Origin: Myxococcota bacterium
Lineage (GTDB): Bacteria; Myxococcota_A; UBA9160; SZUA-336
NCBI GenBank assembly: GCA_965247115.1
Contig: CBDFGR010000003.1
Span: forward strand, 1,984,001-2,048,000
Direction of reading: 5' to 3'
DNA: 64,000 nt
In this document: positions 57,464 to 64,000 of the stretch, piece by piece
Layout: each line of letters opens with the position of its first letter
Position numbering within the stretch: the first letter of the stretch is position 1
Notes under the pieces: model-generated
The model's input: only the letters and a program-made list of their open reading frames with translations
The model's database searches: none
What the model was told of the DNA's origin: nothing
Program-made: the position numbers and the translations under genes

Positions 57464-58630
57464 TCAGCCCCGATAGGGTCCCCGGAGCTCGGGCTTGAGC
57501 GTGGCGCCGGCTCGGAACAGATCGAGTGGCGAGGAGCCCTCGAGAACCTCCTCTGGTGCGCGACCCTGAACGCGGGCCAGCTCGCGCAGCCCGGTGTCGA
57601 TGCCCTCCACGGCCTTCTCGAGTGCCAGGGGAACCGAGTCGGGATCGGAGAGCTGGAGCCGGTCCGCGACCGCGATCGAGTTCGCCACTGCCAGGACGTA
57701 GCCCAGCAGGTCACCAGCGACGCCGGAGGGCAGCGCGGACAGAGCCTCGCCCAGCAGGCTGCCTCGGAGCTGCTTCGGCAGGTCGATGCTGCGGACCAGG
57801 TCCCGGCTGTACTCGACGTCCTCGGCTCCCTCGACGTTCTCCGGGCTGAGCGAGCGGTAGACGCGCATGGCCTGTTCGCGATCGGGGAAGCCCAGATCCT
57901 GAAGTCGAGCGACCCGCCAGCGCAGCGCGTGCTCCTCCATGTCTGCGGAGGACTCGAAGATCAGCCCGTACACGATCCGCCAGTACAACGCCTGGTCCCC
58001 ATCAAACGCGGCGTGAACTGTTTCGTGCACCCGGTGCGGGGACATTCCTTCGGGCACTTCGAAGTAGACCATGCCGTCGGGAGTGAAGCTGCCGTCGGGT
58101 GGGTCATCTTCCTTGCCGACGACGGCGATGGAGGTCTCCGACCGCAACACGATCAGCCACAGCTCCAGATCGGTGGCAGCCAGCGCTCTCGTGAGCGTCG
58201 GCCGCCCGGCCTCGATCAACGCATCGAGCCACTCCTGCACGCGCTGGATCTGGAGCTCGTAGCCCTCCCAGCAATCCAGGTCGAAGCAGGCCACGAGCTG
58301 GGGAACGGTGGCCAGCTCGACCAGCCAGCCCGCCTCGCTCATCCCACCCGAGCGGATGGTGTGAACGAAGTCTGCCTCGGGGAGCAGCGGCACGACCTGC
58401 TCGGGACTGTCGCAGAGCATCAGGAACTCGCTGCGCAGCTCTGGACGGAGCTCGCTGCAGGCGCGGCCCTGCTCTTCGGGAGCGAGGCGCCGCAGCTGGC
58501 TCAGCGCCACCGGGCGATCGCGTCGGGCGAGGAGCAGCAGCTCCGTTCCAGACAAGGATTCGTCCGTTCCGGACACGGCTTCGTCCGTTCCGGACGCGGC
58601 GGCAGCGGGGTGCGTCGGCCGTTCAGCCAC
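57464..58630 (-). CDS. Conserved hypothetical protein (DUF6178-like)
   Basis: DLDCW and [16 protein letters not shown] motifs; GTG start overlaps the lon stop. Confidence 0.7.
   Translation of the reverse strand: MAERPTHPAAAASGTDEAVSGTDESLSGTELLLLARRDRPVALSQLRRLAPEEQGRACSELRPELRSEFLMLCDSPEQVVPLLPEADFVHTIRSGGMSEAGWLVELATVPQLVACFDLDCWEGYELQIQRVQEWLDALIEAGRPTLTRALAATDLELWLIVLRSETSIAVVGKEDDPPDGSFTPDGMVYFEVPEGMSPHRVHETVHAAFDGDQALYWRIVYGLIFESSADMEEHALRWRVARLQDLGFPDREQAMRVYRSLSPENVEGAEDVEYSRDLVRSIDLPKQLRGSLLGEALSALPSGVAGDLLGYVLAVANSIAVADRLQLSDPDSVPLALEKAVEGIDTGLRELARVQGRAPEEVLEGSSPLDLFRAGATLKPELRGPYRG
58542..58600. repeat. 21-bp in-frame tandem repeat (about 2.8 copies) encoding [18 protein letters not shown]
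   Basis: TCCGTTCCAGACAAGGATTCG / TCCGTTCCGGACACGGCTTCG / TCCGTTCCGGACGCGGC. Confidence 0.75.
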
Positions 58631-60980
58631 CGAGCTGGAGCGCCTCCCGGATGGCGTCCATCGACTCGTCGACGAACGTGAACTTGAAGGCGTCGCGCAC
58701 GTCGGCCGGAACCTCCTCCAAGTCCTTCTCGTTGCGCCTCGACAGGATGAGCTCCTTGATCTCCGCGCGGTGCGCGGCGAGCACTTTCTCCTTGATGCCC
58801 GAGACCGGGAGCACCTGGCCACGCAGCGTGATCTCGCCGGTCATGGCCAGGTCGCCGCGCACGGGCCGGTCGGTCAGCAGGCTCGCCAGCGCGACCAGGA
58901 TCGTGATGCCCGCTGACGGTCCTTCCTTGCGCATCCCACCCGCCGGAACGTGCACGTGGATCCGATTCTTCTCGAAGACATCCTCGTCGATCAACAGGGC
59001 GTCGGCATTGGAACGAAGGTAGGACAGCGCTGCGTCCGCCGACTCCTGCATGACCTCTCCGAGCTGTCCCGTGAGTTGCAGACCAGGCTTGCCTTCCATC
59101 TTCGCGGCCTCGACGAAGACGATGTCGCCGCCGGCTGGCGTCCAGACCAATCCTGTCGAAACTCCTGGCCCGTGCGTGCGCTCGGCGAGCTCGCGCGTGA
59201 ACGGGGGCGGACCAAGCAGATCGGGCACATCTGCCGCCGCGAGCCGTGGCGCGGACTCACCCTCCGCGATGCGCAGGGCCAACTTGCGCACCAACGCAGC
59301 GATCTGCCGCTCGAGGCTGCGCACACCTGCCTCGCGTGTGTAGCCCTCGATGGTCTCCAGCAGAACGTCGTCCCCGAGCTCCACGGCTGCCTCTCGGAGC
59401 CCGTGCTCGAGCAGCTGACGCGGCACGAGGAATGCTTTTGCGATGCGCAGCTTCTCGCGCACCGTGTAGCCAGGCAGCTCGATCGTCTCCATCCGGTCGA
59501 GCAACGGCGGCGGGATCGTATCGGTCCGATTCGCCGTTGCGATGAAGAGCACCTTCGAAAGGTCGAAGGCGATCTCCAGGTAGTGATCGCTGAAGCTCGA
59601 GTTCTGCTCCGGGTCGAGCACCTCGAGCAGTGCCGAGGACGGGTCTCCGCGGTAGTCCGTACCCACCTTGTCGATCTCGTCGAGCACGAAGACGGGATTG
59701 CGGGTGCCGGCCTTCTTCAAGTTCTGGAGAATGCGACCCGGCATTGCGCCGACGTAGGTGCGCCGGTGTCCGCGGATCTCGGCCTCGTCGCGCATCCCGC
59801 CGAGCGAGCTGCGCGCGAACTGGCGACCCATGGCGCGGGCGATCGACTTGCCGAGCGAGGTTTTGCCCACGCCGGGCGGCCCGACGAAGCACAGGATCGG
59901 ACCCTTGGGATCGTCGACCAGGTGGCGCACCGCGAGGTACTCCAGGATGCGTTCTTTGACGTTCTCGAGCCCGTAGTGATCCTCATCGAGGATCCGATGC
60001 GCGTGCGCGAGATCCAGGTTGTCTTCGCTCTCCTCCTCCCAGGGCAGATCGAGGATCCAGTCCAGGTAGGTGCGCGAGACGGAGCGTTCCGGGGAGTGCG
60101 AGGGGATGCCGTCGAGCCGGTTGATCTCGCGCTCGGCCACCTCGCGGGCGTCGTCGGATAGACGCGCCTCTTCGAGGCGCTCGCGCAGCTCGTCGCCCTC
60201 AGAGCTCTGCTCGTCGGCCTCGCCGAGCTCTTCGCGGATCTTGCCGAGCTGCTCGCGGAGCAGCTTGTGGCGCTCGGAGTCGTCGAGTTCTCCTGCAGCG
60301 CGTTCCTGGAAGGTTCGCGACACTTCGGCGACTCGGACCTCGCGCATGAGATAGCGCATGAGAACACGAAGCCGCGCGAGCACATCGGGCTGTGCCAGGA
60401 GCGCCGCCTTGTCCTCGAGCGAGAGGCCCTCAGCCTGAAACGCGATCATGTCCGACAGACGAGCCGGATCCGTGTAGCGCTCGAGCAGCTCGATGGCCTC
60501 GTCTGGCAGATCCGGTCGCAGCGCGACCAGCTCTCGGCAGAGGCGCTGCACGCTTCGCCGCGCGGCCTCCGCCTCGGGCCGCTCATCGAGGAGATCACGG
60601 ATCAGGCTAAAACGCACGCGCTGGACCGCGTCCTTCTCGACCAGCTCCAGAATCTCGAAGCGCGCGAGCCCAACGACCACGACGGAGAGGCCGGAGCCCG
60701 CCTCGACGACGTGCAGCACCTTGGTCACGCAGCCGGCGTCGAAGAGATCCTCCACACCCGGCTGCTCGACGTCCGGGACCCGCTGCGGCACCACGGCGAG
60801 CAGCCCGCCATCCTTGGTCGCGGCCCGAACCGCTGCGAGAGAGGCCGGGCGCCCGACACTGAGGGGAATGGTCACACCCGGAAACACCACCGTGTTTCGC
60901 ACGGGCAGCATAGGAAGCTCAGTGGGAATTTCGAGCTTCTCACCGGCCGCGTCGATCGTGAAATGGGCGTCTTCAGCCAC
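58623..60980 (-). CDS. lon: ATP-dependent protease La
   Basis: [32 protein letters not shown] catalytic Ser, MTGEITLRG. Confidence 0.96.
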   Translation of the reverse strand: MAEDAHFTIDAAGEKLEIPTELPMLPVRNTVVFPGVTIPLSVGRPASLAAVRAATKDGGLLAVVPQRVPDVEQPGVEDLFDAGCVTKVLHVVEAGSGLSVVVVGLARFEILELVEKDAVQRVRFSLIRDLLDERPEAEAARRSVQRLCRELVALRPDLPDEAIELLERYTDPARLSDMIAFQAEGLSLEDKAALLAQPDVLARLRVLMRYLMREVRVAEVSRTFQERAAGELDDSERHKLLREQLGKIREELGEADEQSSEGDELRERLEEARLSDDAREVAEREINRLDGIPSHSPERSVSRTYLDWILDLPWEEESEDNLDLAHAHRILDEDHYGLENVKERILEYLAVRHLVDDPKGPILCFVGPPGVGKTSLGKSIARAMGRQFARSSLGGMRDEAEIRGHRRTYVGAMPGRILQNLKKAGTRNPVFVLDEIDKVGTDYRGDPSSALLEVLDPEQNSSFSDHYLEIAFDLSKVLFIATANRTDTIPPPLLDRMETIELPGYTVREKLRIAKAFLVPRQLLEHGLREAAVELGDDVLLETIEGYTREAGVRSLERQIAALVRKLALRIAEGESAPRLAAADVPDLLGPPPFTRELAERTHGPGVSTGLVWTPAGGDIVFVEAAKMEGKPGLQLTGQLGEVMQESADAALSYLRSNADALLIDEDVFEKNRIHVHVPAGGMRKEGPSAGITILVALASLLTDRPVRGDLAMTGEITLRGQVLPVSGIKEKVLAAHRAEIKELILSRRNEKDLEEVPADVRDAFKFTFVDESMDAIREALQLGG

Positions 60981-61021
60981 AGGCCGCCAAGACTAGGTAC
61001 CGCGAGGTCGGGGTCAAGTTG

Positions 61022-61534
61022 CTAGTCGCCGGTGAGGCGGATGAAGTTGAGGGTTTTGATGCCTCGGATGCGGCGGATGCCACGGATGAGGGCGCTGACC
61101 AGGCGCCAGCCCGGGAGGGCGCCCGCCAGGGTGACGTTCGAGTCCTCGACGGTGATGTCGATCATGGGGCGCACCGGGGCGAGCTCCGAGTCCTCGGCGA
61201 TCTTGGCCTCTATCTCGGCCAGCAGCGCCTCGTCCGGCGGCGAGTCGACAGTGGCCGGTACGACGCGGATGCGATTGCGCACCTCGTTGACGCCGCCCAC
61301 TTCGCGAGCGATCTCGTCGGCCCGGGTCCGGAGATCATCCGTAGCGACACTGCCGGAGAGTGTCATCGCGCCCTCGGCGGTGCGGACCTCCACATCGATC
61401 ATGCCCGGCTCACGATAGAAGAGCTGCTGGGCCTTGAGGGTGCTGGGCTCATCGGAGCCCTGAGCCGGACGGCTCACACTCCCGATGGCCAGGAACGCAA
61501 GTGGGATGACCAGAACGCGGAGTGCCCGCTTCAT
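61022..61534 (-). CDS. BON domain protein
   Basis: Signal peptide and two BON-like units (TLSGSV..GVNEVRNRI); GAGGGGAG RBS. Confidence 0.8.
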   Translation of the reverse strand: MKRALRVLVIPLAFLAIGSVSRPAQGSDEPSTLKAQQLFYREPGMIDVEVRTAEGAMTLSGSVATDDLRTRADEIAREVGGVNEVRNRIRVVPATVDSPPDEALLAEIEAKIAEDSELAPVRPMIDITVEDSNVTLAGALPGWRLVSALIRGIRRIRGIKTLNFIRLTGD

Positions 61535-61642
61535 GCTCCCCTCTGTGGCTTCCGATCTCCCTCGACTGCACAGGCTAGTCGTCAATGGCCTGCCAGGTCA
61601 ACCAGTTAGCCGAATTCCGGCCACAATTCGTTCGAGCGCGGC

Positions 61643-63019
61643 TCAGTACTTTGCATAGTCGACCAGGAACTCGATCCGGCGGCTCCAGGCTCCGTCCCAG
61701 CACTCCAGGAGATAGCGTCCCGGGCTCGTCCCCCGGTCGATGATCTCGTACAGCGGGTCGAGAAAGATCGACTCGTCGTGGCCGGCGCGGTTGCGATTGT
61801 CCATGCGTTTCAGCGCTTGCGCGGACAGGTCGACCAGCTCCTTCGCCACCGCGAGGATCGGGCCGTCCGGCGTGTCGGCCTTGAGGCCCGCGCGTGTCAC
61901 CTCGGCGTGCAACGCGTCCACCTGGGCATGACTCCACGCGCCGGTCAGAGCCTCTGATCCGGCCAGCGCATCCTCGTCGTAGAACAGGCCCTTCCAGAAC
62001 GCGGGCAGCCCGCACACCAGCTTTGGCGGAACCGCGTCCGCGCCTCGCACCTCGATCACGCGCTTGACGCGCGCCTCCGGAAAGAGCGTGGTGAGGTGAA
62101 TGTGCCAGTCCGCCAGAGATGCGGGCTCGCCCTCGAACCCGCTCGCGAGGAAGTCGCGGAAAGTGCGGCCGCCCGCGGGCAGGTGGCGCTCTTCGCGGAC
62201 GAGGAACAGCATGGGGACGTCGAGCGCCCACTCTGCATAGCTCGCATAGGCCGTTCCCTCGCCCCAACCGTCGTCGAAGACGAACGGAAGGAAGCCGCAG
62301 CGATCGGGGTCGGTGTGCCGCCACACCCAGGCACGTCTCGACTCGAACCCGTTCGGCACACCCTCCGAGACGCTGGAGTTCGCGTAGAGCGCGGTCACGA
62401 CGGGTGAGGCCGCGAGCGCCACACGAAGCTTTCGCGCCATGTCGGCCTCCGAGGCAAAGTCGTAGTTCGCCTGGACGGTGCCGGTACCGTGCATCATCTC
62501 CAGACCGAGCTCGTCGCGCAGGCCAATGTACTCACGCATAACCGCGTAGCGCTGACGCGGCATACGAGGAAGGTCGTCGATCTCAGCGAGCGGATGGATA
62601 CCGAGACCCAGCCAGATGATGCCGAAGCGGGCAGACACCTGCTTCATCAGGGCCACGTGCTCGTTGAACTCGCTGCACGTCTCGTGAAGCGAATGAAGCG
62701 GAGCTCCCGAGAGCTCGAGCTGCCCCCCGGGCTCCAGTGTGATCGACGCGCCGTCGCGCTCGAGACCCACGAGTCGAGCGTCGTCGAGCAGCGGCTCGAA
62801 GCCGTGCTCGTCTCGCAGCACGCTCAAGAGCGCGCGAATGCCGCGCTCTCCACCGTAGGGAACGGGCGCCAGATCGGCCTCGTAGAGGGCGATCTTCTCG
62901 TGCTCGGTACCGACCCGGAATTCCTCGACGGGAGTCTCGGCAGCGCGCATGTACTCGACGAGCTGTGCCGGATCCTCGATCGGGCGCAGCAGCTCCGGAT
63001 CTATTCGCGTCAGGCTCAC
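61643..63019 (-). CDS. gshA: Glutamate--cysteine ligase (GCS2 type)
   Basis: GTEHEK, TLEPGGQLELSG, TVQANYD, HLTTLFPEAR, EVRGAD. Confidence 0.92.
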   Translation of the reverse strand: MSLTRIDPELLRPIEDPAQLVEYMRAAETPVEEFRVGTEHEKIALYEADLAPVPYGGERGIRALLSVLRDEHGFEPLLDDARLVGLERDGASITLEPGGQLELSGAPLHSLHETCSEFNEHVALMKQVSARFGIIWLGLGIHPLAEIDDLPRMPRQRYAVMREYIGLRDELGLEMMHGTGTVQANYDFASEADMARKLRVALAASPVVTALYANSSVSEGVPNGFESRRAWVWRHTDPDRCGFLPFVFDDGWGEGTAYASYAEWALDVPMLFLVREERHLPAGGRTFRDFLASGFEGEPASLADWHIHLTTLFPEARVKRVIEVRGADAVPPKLVCGLPAFWKGLFYDEDALAGSEALTGAWSHAQVDALHAEVTRAGLKADTPDGPILAVAKELVDLSAQALKRMDNRNRAGHDESIFLDPLYEIIDRGTSPGRYLLECWDGAWSRRIEFLVDYAKY

Positions 63020-63029
63020 TCGAGACCCT

Positions 63030-63455
63030 TCACGCGCTACTGGCCTCGCGAATCAAGCTCTCGATCCTGTCCTGCAGGGCAGCCTCGACCTCCGGTCCTT
63101 GCAAGCCGTGATCCGAGCACGGGTTCTCGCTTTGACCCCGCTTGAACGGACCAACGAGCCGCACCCTGCCTTTCTCCTTGGCCATGATGACGCAGACGAG
63201 CTCCCAGCGTCCGCGTACCAGTTTGAACTGCAAGCAATCCACGTGCTTCTCGTCCGGACTGACGGGAGAGACGTCCAGCCGTGCAAGCGGCTCGGCGCCC
63301 AGCTCGCACGCGCGACGCTTGAACGCCTGCACCGACGCGTGGGCCAGCTCGCGAAGCGTCTCGGCGCCCTCGCGAAGCTCGGACAGTCGCTTGGACAAGT
63401 CCGGTTGGTTGCCGGCCAGCTCGACCGCCAGCTGCTCGAAGCGCTCACTGCTCAC
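63030..63455 (-). CDS. Hypothetical protein
   Basis: ORF upstream of gshA with protein-like composition; GTG 63455 chosen as start. Confidence 0.55.
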   Translation of the reverse strand: MSSERFEQLAVELAGNQPDLSKRLSELREGAETLRELAHASVQAFKRRACELGAEPLARLDVSPVSPDEKHVDCLQFKLVRGRWELVCVIMAKEKGRVRLVGPFKRGQSENPCSDHGLQGPEVEAALQDRIESLIREASSA

Positions 63456-63496
63456 GTACGCAGTGTAAACAATTCCGCTGCTATACTTCGCCCGGC

Positions 63497-64000
63497 GTGA
63501 ACAGGGGAAACTGGGGAATCGCAGTCGGTGCCGGTGTCGCCGTCTCCTGCGCACTGCTCCTCTCGGGTCGCCCGCAGCTCGCTTTCGTAGGACTCCTGCT
63601 CTCCTTCGGGGGTTTCTGCTTCCGCAGTGAGCTCTCGCTCAACTGGCAGATCGCGCTCGGGTCCTTGCTCGGAGTAGCCTCCGGACTCTGGCTCGGCGAG
63701 GCGGCCGCCGTCATGGGCACGCTCGGCAGGATCTTCATCTCCGCGCTCAAGATGCTGATCGTCCCCATGGTGCTGCTGTCGATCGTATTCGGCATCTCGC
63801 GCATGGGCGACGCCCGCGAGCTAGGACGCATGGGAGCGCGGACCGTCGTCCTCTATCTCGTCACGATGGCCTTGGCCGTGGTCACGGGCCTGGTGCTCGT
63901 GAACCTGATACGACCGGGCGCCGGCAGTGACCTCTTGCATACGGAGTTCTTTCAGCAGGCGGTCGGCGCCAGCGCGAGCTCCATCGAGCACGTGCGTCCC
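63497..64000 (+). CDS. Dicarboxylate/amino acid:cation symporter (DAACS), 5' part
   Basis: Manual translation: ...GRIFISALKMLIVPMV...LGRMGARTVVLYLVT...VNLIRPG. Runs off the window edge. Confidence 0.85.
   Translation, partial: MNRGNWGIAVGAGVAVSCALLLSGRPQLAFVGLLLSFGGFCFRSELSLNWQIALGSLLGVASGLWLGEAAAVMGTLGRIFISALKMLIVPMVLLSIVFGISRMGDARELGRMGARTVVLYLVTMALAVVTGLVLVNLIRPGAGSDLLHTEFFQQAVGASASSIEHVRP

Noticed and set aside
58542..58600. 21-bp tandem repeat as a functional or phase-variable element
   Set aside because: In-frame, degenerate, under 3 copies and in a likely disordered N-terminus; recorded as a feature only.
1..64000. CRISPR array or rRNA genes
   Set aside because: No regularly spaced repeat-spacer pattern or rRNA-like sequence was noticed by eye.

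Overview
GC-rich bacterial chromosomal segment; the gene content and order of the right half look Myxococcota/deltaproteobacterial (inference). The window has two parts. (1) 1-32.9 kb is an accessory region ending at the 3' end of tRNA-Pro(CGG). It carries amine, amino-acid, alcohol and aromatic catabolism genes (DgdA-like PLP enzyme, two PQQ/haem c dehydrogenases, TTQ amine dehydrogenase mauB-mauA-cytochrome c, flavin amine oxidase, RidA, two PhyH dioxygenases, LLM oxidoreductase, D-aminoacylase-like and LigW-like amidohydrolases) and a hybrid kinase/receiver/nucleotide cyclase module. It also holds integration scars: a tRNA(CAT) 3' fragment, arm-like repeats and an IS3-like remnant. (2) 33-64 kb is core housekeeping, mostly on the minus strand: rpoD-dnaG-rpsU, his genes, murA, prmC, prfA, rpmE, rho, selA, rne/rng, surE, lon, gshA. 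The most striking observations are: a single in-frame UGA in an otherwise intact quinohaemoprotein dehydrogenase, followed by a stem-loop, in a selA-positive genome; a minimal mau cluster without mauE/D/G; a 516-aa protein with four evenly spaced His motifs; a probable guanylate cyclase module; and several non-canonical translation starts (rpsU CTG, a ParA with no in-frame canonical start, a C11 tract before rpoD). All protein assignments come from motif recognition by eye, not database searches.
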